From contig NC_092671.1 in NCBI RefSeq assembly GCF_964355755.1, positions 1,984,001-2,048,000 of the forward strand: DNA of 64,000 nucleotides, read 5' to 3'. The notes under the pieces were generated by a model. The model was not told the origin of the DNA. It was given only the letters and a program-made list of their open reading frames with translations, and ran no database searches. How positions within the stretch are numbered: the first letter of the stretch is position 1; each line of letters opens with the position of its first letter. Origin of the DNA: Antedon mediterranea. Lineage: Eukaryota > Animalia > Echinodermata. A program made the position numbers and the translations under genes. Below are positions 53,854-60,699 of this stretch, in pieces.

Positions 53854-56800
53854 TTCTTTCCTTAGCACTATTTTGTCCGTGCATTATCTTGGCATCAGTT
53901 TCATCTAGCTAAGTCAAGTTTTCAGAGTATATTCCTTATGGCCAGGAATCGATGTGGTTATATTTTCACGATGCGTAATAAAAAATTACGCGGTCTACGC
54001 GCGATTTTACGAAATCACGTTTGTAATCATATCTTCACAAGCATGAATCACAATTAAACAAAATTTGGTACTCATAAATTTCAGGTCATATTTCATCATA
54101 TGGCAATAAAATTACGTGCGTAGCGCATATAACGCTTGCGTACGCGCGCTTAAAATGTTCAAAATTGTCAAAATTTATTTTCGATGAAATTAGAGTACGT
54201 TTCAGGCAATTTTAAGCGTTTAAAAAATTGCCATGAGTGCGCAGATTTTTGCACGCGCACTGCGCGTTAAACGTTAATGCCCACTCTTTTTGCCGGATTT
54301 CTGTTTTACAATCTTTCTTTAATAATATCATCATATTTGGTTCAGGTTTCAACTCGAAATTGCGTTCTACGGGCACATCAAAAGTGACTGGCTACGCACG
54401 TATAAGTTAACAAAATGGTGAAAATATGCTAAATTTTAAAATTAATATATATCGTCAGAATACAGGGGAACACCTATTTTTTATTTCATTTTCTTGAAGT
54501 GTATGTATCATATGTATCATTTATTATCAAATAAAGAGAACAAAAGTTGATTAAGTCATCATTAATTGCATATTAAATTTTTAAAAAATAATTTCGACAA
54601 TCAAACAAATTATGACATTTTCTTAGGCCAAAATAACAAACTTAACATTAACTTTCTTCCTTCAAATATTCATATATTAAAGTTAAAAGTATGTAGTTTG
54701 ACAGTGTATCATTTGTATACATTTTAAAGATGTCATCATAGTAAAAAATTATAATTCATTTCGGTATGTAATAATCTATTTGCATCAAAGTGGTTACTGC
54801 ATAGTAAATACACGGAGGAATTTTTCTACAACGTATATAGTCCATGGGATTTAGCTAAAAAATGACCCTTTTCTCACACAAATTGCAAGAAAAGGTTTTT
54901 TTGATGAAATGTGTTCTTTAGACCCTACTGAACACATTTATCAACGTTAGGACATTTTTCGACAACAGGAAGTAGCCTAATTTGCATAATTAAAAATGGC
55001 CGCCATTTTTAATAACGTACTCTGTATCTTGGAAACCGCTAGTCACAGATACTTAATTATGGTGTCAAAATCGTTAGAATATATGATTTTATATTCACTT
55101 TATTGAAAAAGTTTGTCCAAAAATGGATGGAAGTGCTATTTCTAACATTATTGACCTTTGACCTTGAATTCTCATATCTCAGCAACCACTAATCGGAGAT
55201 ATATAAATTATGGCTTAAATTGTTCAGAAACTACACATTTATATCCAGTCTAATGGCATGTTTTTGCAAAAAATGGCCGATTCTAACATTATTGACCTTT
55301 GACCTTGATTTATCATATCTTAGCAACCACTAATCTGAGAGACACACAATATGACTCAAACTGTTCAGAAACTACATATTTATATTTAGTCTAATGGCAT
55401 GTTTTTGCAAAAAATGGCCGATTCTAACATTATTGACCTTTGAACTTTGCACTACATAAAATCGCAAAACTTTGAAAATATTGTACATATGAAATTATTT
55501 TTAGTGTCAAATTGTTCAGAACATACATGTTCCTATAGAGTCCAATAAAACATTATGTCCAATAATGGCCTATTGTATGGTTATTAACATTTTAACTATA
55601 TTTGAAAAAGATTTAAACCCGGAATCTTCTTCATGTGGACATCCATGGAACATACACAATACATTCACGTAAAAAAAGTACAAAAACAAATTATAAAAGG
55701 TTAAAAACTATACACCACTAGTAGTCATACTGTATATGGTTAGTGAAATAAATAAATAAATTCCATAAGAAACTGGTTTTTACTGTATACGGCGAAAATA
55801 TTGCAAGTGGTGGTCAGCTTAATTATGAGTCTCGATAGCCAATTAATTAAACTAAACTAAATATGTTGCATTAATACCGATCTTTTAAAATTCCAGTTGT
55901 CAACAATGCGTCTAGTAGTAGAAAAGGCCTTCTTAATAAGACTATGTTTCAACCTAAAAGAATGCACTCAAATTAAATAATCTTTAGAAATTTGTTTGTT
56001 GAATATGCCATTTAATGCCAATTTAATTTGATCAAAAAATAAATTGCTAACTTGAAAAAAACTTTAATAAACCTGCAAAATGGCATGGCCTAAAGTATGT
56101 ACAATATATCATTAACAAACTCTGGCTCTGTTAATAGTGTCAACACCAACTTTATCCTGAGTAAGATGTAAGACCTATTTAAAATTTATTAATAATCCAA
56201 ACCTATAATGTCTAATATTTTTTTTTTAAAGTGAATATTTTCAGTAACTAAATTAAATCAACTGGTTACATGCACTTTAAATTACCACCATATTATTCTA
56301 AACAAGTAGTGTCAAATCACATGTTCTAATGAATGCCTACATGAAGAAGATTCCGGGTTTAAAAATCCTTTTCAAATATAGTTCAAATGTTAATAACCAT
56401 ACGATAGGCCATTATTGGACATAATGTGTCATTGGACTCTATAGAAACATGTATGTTCTGAACAATTTGACACTAAAAATAATTGCATATGTACAAAATT
56501 TTCAAAGTTTATGCTATTTTATGTAGTGCAAAGTTCAAAGGTCAATAATGTTAGAATCGGCCATTTTTTGCAAAAACATGCCATTAGACTAAATATAAAT
56601 ATGTAGTTTCTGAACAGTTTGAGCCATATTGTGTGTCTCTCAGATTAGTGGTTGCTAAGATATGATAAATCAAGGTCAAAGGTCAATAATGTTAGAATCG
56701 GCCATTTTTTGCAAAAACATGCCATTAGACTGGATATAAATGTGTAGTTTCTGAACAATTTAAGCCATAATTTATATATCTCCGATTAGTGGTTGCTGAG

Positions 56801-59557
56801 ATATGAGAATTCAAGGTCAAAGGTCAATAATGTTAGAAATAGCACTTCCATCCATTTTTGGACAAACTTTTTCAATAAAGTGAATATAAAATCATATATT
56901 CTAACGATTTTGACACCATAATTAAGTATCTGTGACTAGCGGTTTCCAAGATACAGAGTACGTTATTAAAAATGGCGGCCATTTTTAAATATGCAAATTA
57001 GGCTACTTCCTGTTGTCGAAAAATGTCCTAACGTTGATAAATGTGTTCAGTAGGGTCTAAAGAACAAATTTCATCAAAAAAACCTTTTCTTGCAATTTGT
57101 GTGAGTTAAAAGTCTAAATCCCATGGACTAATAGTCAGTTGTGTATGGCTCGATGGTCTGTGCTCGTGTCTATGGCATTCAAGGTACCGAGATCGAGTCT
57201 CACCTTGGGAAACGAAATAAGATTTTTTTTTTATTATCCGTATTGTTTGTTCAAATTTATTTCTTAGTGTATAGATTATACACATGATTTATAATGAAAT
57301 CTAGATAAAAATTAACTTATGTCTTTATTATTATGTAACAACAAATGTGGTTTATGACATTATACGCATATGGATCTTTGATCGGATTGTGATACCGGCT
57401 ATAGTGTTCGCGTTAGCAAGGTCCTATCATATATTATAAATAATTAAAGATTCTGAGAAAATCAATCAATCAATAATATATCTTTTAAAAATCAATTATC
57501 TTTATTTAAATCAATGCATATAACCTGTAATTCGTCATAGTGACGAATTAAATCTAGTTTCAAGTTATAATCAGTGGAAAAATAAATGTAAGCATTTATT
57601 TCCCTTCTTCACTACCAGTGTATAATGTTGCTATAATGACTTCAATATAGATTACATCTTAATAAGAAAACAAATATTATATCTCAAATTACACGCAAAA
57701 TATAAAAACAGAGGTGTCAGGTAACATCATAATGTAATATCACAGTTATTTTTTTGATATTCCAATTTATAAATCGCATTCAAGATTTTTGATAGAAACA
57801 GGCCATTTTGTAGGTGTACATTATGGGCTAGCTAGTCCAACAGGAAATAGGCTACAATAGAATGTACTAGGTTGTGATTATTACATTGTTATGTGAATAT
57901 TATTATGCAAAAAATTTAAATGATTTGTAAGTCTCAAAGAGGTAAAAAACCACAAAGGTCAAGTGTCTATAAGGTCATTACATTATAAAAAAGGTCTAAA
58001 AGGATTAAAGTACACAACATTTATAACAGCAGAGAAAATGTAGTATTATAATATAACCCATTTTAACAGACTTTAATACTCAGCACTGCATATATTTTTA
58101 AATTTTTAATGAATATTTATGTCATAAAGAAATGTAATGATTTGGAATTAATTGTGTATTAAGGGCGCTGTGTAGTCATTCTGTAATTGAAATACAGGTG
58201 ACACTGTGTGATATAGGTCGTGCGTAAGCGGAGCGGGGTTTTTGTTTGTTGTGTTTCAGGCTCTCGCTATGTTATAGTTCTGATATAAGGCTGTGCAGGT
58301 TCTTTTGTTTGTTGTGTTTCAGGCTCTCGCTATGTTATAGTTCTGATATAAGGCTGTGCGGGTTCTTTTGTTTGTTGTGTTTCAGGCTCTCGCTATGTTA
58401 TAGTTCTGATATAAGGCTGTGCGGGTTCTTTTGTTTGTTGTGTTTCAGGCTCTCGCTATGTTATAGTTCTGATATAAGGCTGTGCGGGTTCTTTTGTTTG
58501 TTGTGTTTCAAAGTGTATTCTCCTTTTTTTGTTTAGAACCACGACAGAAACATAATAGGCATACATTGTTAGAATTAATGTGTAGAAGCATTAATACTTT
58601 TGGACATTCAATGTTTAAAAGTCTGGATGATTTTTATGTGACAAACTGAGTTAAAATATTTTGAGAAAACACACTTTGTGATACCAAAAGTCTCTCCTTG
58701 GAATACTATATTATACTACTGTACTCCAGACATAAAAAAGTAATCGTTTTAAAACGCAAAATACAATATTTCCCATTTAAAATACAATTGATTGTACGTC
58801 TTTGAAATGTAATCAATAAAATCTATTTATAGAATAGAATTGGCAATTGACGACTTAAAAGTAGCTTAAGTACATGACCTCTGAGGTCAAGACTTCTTCA
58901 CGTTGAAGTATGGTGAGGTCAGAATTTAAATATCAAAAATTTTACTACATTGTACATCTCCACATCTTCAATATCATTCCATTATCACTGAATAGCCTGT
59001 ATTTTATCTTTAAAAAAAAAATCTAATAGCTAGTAATTTGCCAATAGAAAAAAACTACCTTAATAGCTGTGTTCCCGTTTAGATATAACGCAACGACATA
59101 AGAACAACACAAGTGAGTTGACCAATCACCCAACAGTTTGGATGATCCATACTATATGATTGGTCAAATTAATTGTGTCGCACTTATGGAAACCAAACTT
59201 TTTAGAGTCGAGTAAACAGTTGTGAGTTTACCCGTGGCACTAGTTCAGATGTGAACCCAGGACTTTGGGATTGTAAGGCAAGCACCACAGCACCACCATC
59301 CCAAACATTAACTTACCTCATCAATGGCAAATACATCCGCACATTCCCGCTCACCGTTAGCCAACAGTCCGCCCTTCCATTGTAGAATCATTCGTAAACA
59401 TTCTTTACGCTGTTGTTCAACAGTCGTGTGTCCAAATCCGGCCGAAGCGCTACTATAAATAGATATGACATCGTCTCCAGAACATACACAGTGTAGAGAA
59501 GTTTCATCGTGGAAATTCTTCTTATTAGGGTTGCCATGATGATCATTTAAAAATATA
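7401..59557 (-). CDS. ANKIB1: Ankyrin repeat and IBR domain-containing protein 1 (RBR E3 ubiquitin ligase), 20 coding exons, 5' end not found in the window
   Basis: complement(join(7401..8629,10800..10877,11432..11484,14009..14096,17122..17251,27778..27987,29190..29323,32153..32312,34877..35011,35453..35583,36024..36112,37361..37530,38863..39007,39711..39799,40379..40572,47924..48041,50621..50677,52339..52464,53641..53697,59317..59557)). All introns are GT-AG with compatible phases. Recognisable ANKIB1 motifs: [66 protein letters not shown]. Confidence 0.93.
9031..10005 (-). mobile_element. 5'-truncated non-LTR retrotransposon (CR1/L2-group LINE) 3' fragment
   Basis: RT C-terminal motifs W...[43 protein letters not shown]; 3' UTR ending in an (AAAAT)n/A tail near 9031-9052. 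Confidence 0.88.
10800..10877 (-). CDS. ANKIB1: ANKIB1 small exon, C-terminal region
   Basis: TATTGTAG acceptor, GTAAAT donor, phase 1-1; [26 protein letters not shown]. Confidence 0.65.
11432..11484 (-). CDS. ANKIB1: ANKIB1 small exon, C-terminal region
   Basis: CTTTCAG acceptor and GTAAGA donor. Only the phase-2 frame is open ([17 protein letters not shown]), which matches the previous exon. Confidence 0.68.
12976..13601 (+). mobile_element. 626-bp Kolobok-like MITE, copy 1
   Basis: TTAA TSD; imperfect TIR AGCCCCATTCCCTAC / AGACCCTTTCCCTGC; near-identical to 21705-22330 in the opposite orientation. Confidence 0.88.
14009..14096 (-). CDS. ANKIB1: ANKIB1 exon, second UIM-like motif
   Basis: [29 protein letters not shown]; TTTATAG acceptor, GTAAAT donor, phase 1-2. 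Confidence 0.75.
14093..16887. repeat. Minisatellite, 40-bp unit with 28-bp variants, ~70-75 units
   Basis: GAATCTATAAATAGTAACATGAACATTAGCCWTGTCAATA; starts inside the first 4 nt of the ANKIB1 exon at 14096. Confidence 0.97.
17122..17251 (-). CDS. ANKIB1: ANKIB1 exon, UIM
   Basis: (EE)[15 protein letters not shown] fits the UIM consensus eeexLxxAxxxSxxe; phase 0-1. Confidence 0.85.
18170..20139. mobile_element. Non-autonomous DNA transposon, hAT-like 16-bp TIR, 5-bp TSD (hAT5-like)
   Basis: TIR CAGTGTTCTCCCCAGG at both ends, TSD AGGCT, subterminal GTGACGCT repeats. Removing it restores the LINE frame ...NVKP|YLITW... Confidence 0.88.
19040..19925. repeat. Degenerate ~170-180 bp tandem repeat (~6 copies) inside the hAT-like element
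   Basis: Recurring TTTGCTAGCGCGCTATGAAGT...TTTCCGGCCAAC...CTACTGATGAGTAG near 19053, 19233, 19362, 19533, 19707 and 19889. Confidence 0.8.
20417..21480 (-). mobile_element. 5'-truncated L2/Crack-group LINE fragment nested in the Rex-like LINE
   Basis: [38 protein letters not shown]; 3' UTR stem-loop (~20485-20535), AATAAA and (AATC)n tail at 20417-20434. Confidence 0.88.
21705..22330 (-). mobile_element. 626-bp Kolobok-like MITE, copy 2
   Basis: TTAA TSD at 21701-21704 and 22331-22334; inverted copy of 12976-13601. Confidence 0.88.
22615..22973. repeat. 179-bp direct tandem duplication
   Basis: GTGTTTTAGATGATTAATAAC...GATATGAAAAGTG occurs twice. Confidence 0.9.
26513..26826. mobile_element. 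piggyBac-like MITE (314 bp)
   Basis: TTAA TSD; TIR CACATTGACTGCCAAGGC / CACGTTCACTGCCACGGC. Confidence 0.75.
27778..27987 (-). CDS. ANKIB1: ANKIB1 exon, Ariadne end
   Basis: [27 protein letters not shown]...[15 protein letters not shown]...DSSP. Confidence 0.92.
28020..28867 (+). mobile_element. 5'-truncated LINE 3' fragment (RT C-terminal region, frameshifted)
   Basis: [11 protein letters not shown]...[15 protein letters not shown]...AARSELG...YWIKIL...LPKIC; ends with AATAAA and a (GAAA)n tail at 28841-28867. Confidence 0.82.
29190..29323 (-). CDS. ANKIB1: ANKIB1 exon, Ariadne domain
   Basis: [43 protein letters not shown]. Confidence 0.93.
29492..29748. repeat. 68-bp tandem repeat, ~4 copies
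   Basis: GCTTATTTTATTTTGTATCTCYATTGAGATCCAGCCACTGATACCCACAGCATTGTCATTTTTTCAGT. Confidence 0.88.
30414..32088. mobile_element. Tc1/mariner-type MITE expanded by an internal minisatellite
   Basis: TA flanks; CAGTAGAACC / CAGCAGAAACC ends; subterminal inverted TTAAGGGGACAC / GTGTCCCCTTAA. Confidence 0.6.
30456..32031. repeat. Minisatellite, 56-bp unit, ~28 copies
   Basis: ATTTCCCCTTGTTATAAGTGTTCCTATAATAGGGTTTAGCTGTAGTGTTAAAACAT. Confidence 0.97.
32153..32312 (-). CDS. ANKIB1: ANKIB1 exon, Ariadne domain
   Basis: [31 protein letters not shown]... Confidence 0.93.
32464..33572. mobile_element. Non-autonomous DNA transposon, ~27-bp TIR, TTAA-type site
   Basis: TIR AATGGACCTGAAATGGA(T/C)TTTCGATTTT at both ends; TTAA on the right, TAAA on the left; no transposase ORF. 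Confidence 0.8.
33928..34666. repeat. Minisatellite, 57-bp unit, ~13 copies
   Basis: AAACATGTGAAGGGACGTAAGTGAATAGCTTTAAGTGTACAGCTCATGGTAATAGTA. Confidence 0.96.
34877..35011 (-). CDS. ANKIB1: ANKIB1 exon, RING2 end
   Basis: [30 protein letters not shown]... Confidence 0.94.
35453..35583 (-). CDS. ANKIB1: ANKIB1 exon, RING2 with catalytic Cys
   Basis: [33 protein letters not shown]. Confidence 0.95.
36024..36112 (-). CDS. ANKIB1: ANKIB1 exon, IBR end
   Basis: [29 protein letters not shown]. Confidence 0.92.
37361..37530 (-). CDS. ANKIB1: ANKIB1 exon, IBR
   Basis: [17 protein letters not shown]...[10 protein letters not shown](W). Confidence 0.92.
37833..37864. other. 32-bp perfect palindrome flanked by 7-bp direct repeat (transposon excision footprint)
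   Basis: GTGTTAC-CATGGAGAAATAAGTT|AACTTATTTCTCCATG-GTGTTAC. Confidence 0.7.
38863..39007 (-). CDS. ANKIB1: ANKIB1 exon, RING1 C-half
   Basis: [48 protein letters not shown]. Confidence 0.93.
39711..39799 (-). CDS. ANKIB1: ANKIB1 exon, RING1 N-half
   Basis: [29 protein letters not shown]. Confidence 0.92.
40379..40572 (-). CDS. ANKIB1: ANKIB1 exon, UBA-like end and pre-RING1 linker
   Basis: (E)[26 protein letters not shown]...; CCAATAG acceptor, GTAAGC donor. Confidence 0.9.
40599..41032 (-). repeat. 3' LTR
   Basis: 434 bp; preceded on the minus strand by the polypurine tract AGTAGGGGGG (41042-41033); ATTAAA at 40742-40737. Confidence 0.96.
41960..46537 (-). CDS. Gag-Pol polyprotein (SCAN-like capsid, aspartic protease, integrase, RT, RNase H), 1525 aa
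   Basis: [11 protein letters not shown]...LIIREQVL (SCAN-like Gag); LRDTGS protease (~45176); HHCC plus DIAGP/DQGTNF/ERF integrase and GPY; [13 protein letters not shown] and YIDD RT (~42760); TDAS, E.ECLA, TDH and NADSLSR RNase H. Confidence 0.97.
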   Translation of the reverse strand: MPKHKSSRILRSQQSSIMNTDEAQTSQAASQNSTVVPAIPETTQNTGNETDIPDMVLDKISVEIGGQMILMHMHDWLAYQKIEMEKEKLELERKKIEYDREIANKTLARDENVETIRAQIQRESNDGHSTTSSYASTKIDRYKQKLTNNIDADAYFTAFESYAKREQWEESTWVRRISQCIEGKARDAMNTIMDENFDYETLKCTILEVFQLTPEHYRQKFRNLKRNDNESIRSYITKVGHNFDCWVRYSGIAADDAAGISQLIIREQVLENIPNDMRQHLLQKKVLNTADFAREAEEYASIIPNYWQRHKLNNKQIGTNSHYRPQPYNSKPPRFDRPTYNRPRFNPPPSAPNHSAFNRPATNPQNQHQFRPNFNASYQQDLNSLNRPFIPQQPPRFSNTQGRQNQNQRQKNQRPHDSLKCITVHSGSSKTEPLNKAFLINGILEGKAITFLRDTGSSITLIDKQFIPQKSLTGSYTLVRGIGRTNIEIPTAEVHITTEKIPTTKVIVGVIEGLGSDGLLGNDLDPENKWDKPKDVLVVTRAQTRVLPEIKAQDCIRQYLEQHQTTSENVALNFKESLDYNLPNTPEAKSLLHSDIKDLIKLQEKDETLKFIRSEVKDKSCTKDQDVCFYKENGIIMRKCQPQTRFRKQIDDQIVVPQEYREHIINIAHDKTGHLGVQKTQDRITQHFYWPGINHQVREHCKTCPQCQYLTKTKKQKQLLRPLPIIDIPFKRIGIDIAGPFCVTEDGNRYLLVLCDYATRYPEAIAIPDQTAVTVAQSLITVFSRVGLPSQIIHDQGTNFMSQIIVELCKKLGIEKIPTTPYHQQTNGLTERFIGTLKLMINSLSHVQRENWDRYIPLLLFSYREVPCEFTGYSPFHLLYGRQIRGPLSLIKQGFLGENTQTDIPSHLLGIAHNLTKWMASANHTKQKKQQKMKSYYDRTAKDIHYKVGEEVLIFLPEGAGKLDSKWQGPYKITKKVGEVDYEIHMPDKRKSHRIIHANLIKKWYTQEDARQISQCYCVTGVIQEIGNESLVQPVDYDLETQFLDDSIGPSYKQTQTWKDVKIADSISTKQKRELTNTLKKHTKAFSDVPGKTNVLTHTVKTTHETPIRQRAYRTPHSMMTKVKEEVDSMLSLGVIERSTSAYASPIVVVPKPNGDIRVCTDYRALNKITEFDPYPIPRIDQILDEVAKAKYISTLDLTKGFYQVPLDPQAKAKSAFVTPFGQFAYRVMPFGMMNSSATFQKLVDTVLMGCSAFCRQYIDDIAIFSNTWQDHLNHLDIVLSKISEAGLTIKPSKSKFANSTVNYLRHTIGDGQIKPMLDKIELVEKFPTPQTKKNVRSFLGLTGYYRKFILHYDDIARPLINLTKKAEPKRVNWTPECDKAFTDLKSQLIAHPILRAPNFDKPFLLQTDASKTGIGAVLSQLDTDCNEHPIVYLSRRMLPNELNYSVAEQECLAIVWSINKLRYYLQGHKFTVITDHKALKWLDNTRHSNNRLMRWSMTLQQFTFDIQYRKGITNTNADSLSRRC
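46858..46871 (-). promoter_or_regulatory. Primer binding site, tRNA-Leu type
   Basis: TGGTGGCAGCGGTG is complementary to the 3' end ...CACCGCTGCCACCA of metazoan tRNA-Leu(AAG/TAG). Confidence 0.85.
46872..47305 (-). repeat. 5' LTR
   Basis: 434 bp; identical by eye to 40599-41032; directly followed by the PBS. Confidence 0.96.
47481..47682. mobile_element. PIF/Harbinger-type MITE
   Basis: TAA TSD; long TIR AGGYCAACTCAGACAGCRTCGTACGA...GGCCCAACAAA. Confidence 0.8.
47924..48041 (-). CDS. ANKIB1: ANKIB1 exon, UBA-like region
   Basis: [39 protein letters not shown]; GTATG donor, phase 1. Confidence 0.92.
49871..50143. mobile_element. Kolobok-like MITE (273 bp)
   Basis: TTAA TSD; TIR AGATGTAT(AA)TGTCCCCC. 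Confidence 0.78.
50621..50677 (-). CDS. ANKIB1: ANKIB1 exon, acidic linker
   Basis: [19 protein letters not shown]; strong CTCTTCCAG acceptor, GTAAGC donor, phase 0-0. Confidence 0.8.
52339..52464 (-). CDS. ANKIB1: ANKIB1 exon, ankyrin repeat
   Basis: [42 protein letters not shown]; TTGTAG acceptor, GTAAGT donor. Confidence 0.92.
52981..53073. mobile_element. Harbinger-type MITE family (TIR AGCTCTGTCTACACTATCAAACT)
   Basis: TTA TSD. Further copies at 24020-24180, 28889-29143 (two nested), 35614-35742, ~63140-63261 and a half copy at ~17075-17111. Confidence 0.8.
53641..53697 (-). CDS. ANKIB1: ANKIB1 exon, ankyrin repeat
   Basis: [19 protein letters not shown]; phase 0-0; GTAAG donor. Confidence 0.9.
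53758..57559 (+). mobile_element. Helentron-associated non-autonomous element (HINE/DINE-1-like), ~3.8 kb
   Basis: 5' T-run; subTIR AGGTTATATGCAT (53763-53775) with adjacent IR (53779-53791); (TTTA)n microsatellite. 3' subTIR ATGCATATAACCT (57514-57526), stem-loop TAATTCGTCA-TAG-TGACGAATTA (57528-57550), CTAG+TT end. Confidence 0.8.
54838..57130. repeat. Long inverted repeat, ~810-bp arms, ~670-bp spacer
   Basis: 54838-~55650 is the reverse complement of ~56322-57130 (TAGTCCATGGGATTTAG ... CTAAATCCCATGGACTA), with few differences. Confidence 0.93.
58240..58510. repeat. Tandem repeat, 63-bp unit, ~4 copies
   Basis: TTTGTTTGTTGTGTTTCAGGCTCTCGCTATGTTATAGTTCTGATATAAGGCTGTGCGGGTTCT. Confidence 0.93.
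59317..59557 (-). CDS. ANKIB1: ANKIB1 exon, ankyrin region (first coding exon found in the window)
   Basis: [25 protein letters not shown]...[13 protein letters not shown]...AIDE; TTCTGCAG acceptor, GTAAGT donor. Confidence 0.92.
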
Positions 59558-59676
59558 CTGCAGAAAAAAAAATATGTATGTATTTTTATTCCATATGCAT
59601 CCAACACCGAGCAGGATGGACAACTATTTTATTACTTACTGTATGGTGCTTATAGTTTCATTTGAGGCTTAAGGAA

Positions 59677-59771
59677 AGAGTCATGAGTTACAACCCTGGC
59701 ACTAGGTCAGGAATGAACCCTGAACCTTGAGATTGGAAGGCTAGCATGTTACCACCAAGCTACAGCTCCAC
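59677..59771 (-). mobile_element. tRNA-derived SINE head fragment
   Basis: A-box TAGCTTGGTGG and B-box GGGTTCATTCC. Related fragments at ~59207-59300 (-) and ~25720-25800 (+). Confidence 0.55.
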
Positions 59772-60510
59772 TATTTCACATATTGCGCATCAATATCGTT
59801 GTGTTTTTATAATAAAGTATTATTATAGTTTAATGTCTTGTTATGACAAGTGTTAGGGTCACATAGTGGTAATAAAGTTTAATGAGATGACAAGTAACAT
59901 TCAACAATGTTGCTGGTATTCTATGCTTCTACAAATGCGTCCAAATGGCAAATAAATCTGTTTTATTCGGCGCCAATATGACACTCACGACTTGGCTCAA
60001 ATTTGGTGAATAATTCAAATATTTTCTCTTTTTCCATTTCTAGTATTACAATGTCTAATTTATTGCGTTACCTAAATTTTCTTGAATAATGTGCAATAGT
60101 TGAAAGATTTTAATGTTCTTCTATTCACAAACACTCGCCCACTTTGCAAGTGCTGCGCATAATTAAGCTATTCTGTGTAATAATTTCTTCGTGATACGAG
60201 TAACTTGACAACTCAACCCCATTATTTAAAGCAATTTGAATACAAATTTCAACATCCATGATGTCATTAAAACTGAATTACAGTATGTGAAAACTAGAAT
60301 ACGTCAGAACATTTGTTTTGAATTATAACAATTATTACTGGACTCAATAATAATTGATGAAAATGCTGGATGTATTGTAGTGAAAATAATGGAAAGAAAC
60401 AGCTGATTTGAGTTTTATTTTGGTGTGGTTGTCATGATTGGAATTCCATGGTCGTGTGTTCAAATCATGTCATCATATTGATGATAAATTAAAACAACTC
60501 CACTCCTAAA

Positions 60511-60699
60511 CAGTGGCGTAATGCAGAGGCCCGAGGCCCCTGGTTTAGGAACCCTAAGTGGCCCTCCAACACTGGAGGCCTCGGGCGTTTTTAGCTCTTT
60601 TCGACATATTTGAATCGCGTCTATCTTCTCCTCTAGGCATTCATAAGCTCCATGGCCCCTGGATTTAGCCAGCGAGCGCTCATAGCCGTTACCCCACTG
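60511..60699. mobile_element. hAT-type MITE (189 bp)
   Basis: TIR CAGTGGCGTAA / CAGTGGGGTAA; 8-bp TSD CTCCTAAA / CTCCCAAA. Confidence 0.75.

Noticed and set aside
57138-57205. tRNA-like A/B boxes (TGGCTCGATGG ... GAGATCGAGTCTC)
   Set aside because: No consistent cloverleaf; at most a decayed tRNA/SINE-derived piece within the HINE.
58246-58536. Cys-rich 96-aa repetitive ORF
   Set aside because: Translation of a 63-bp tandem repeat.
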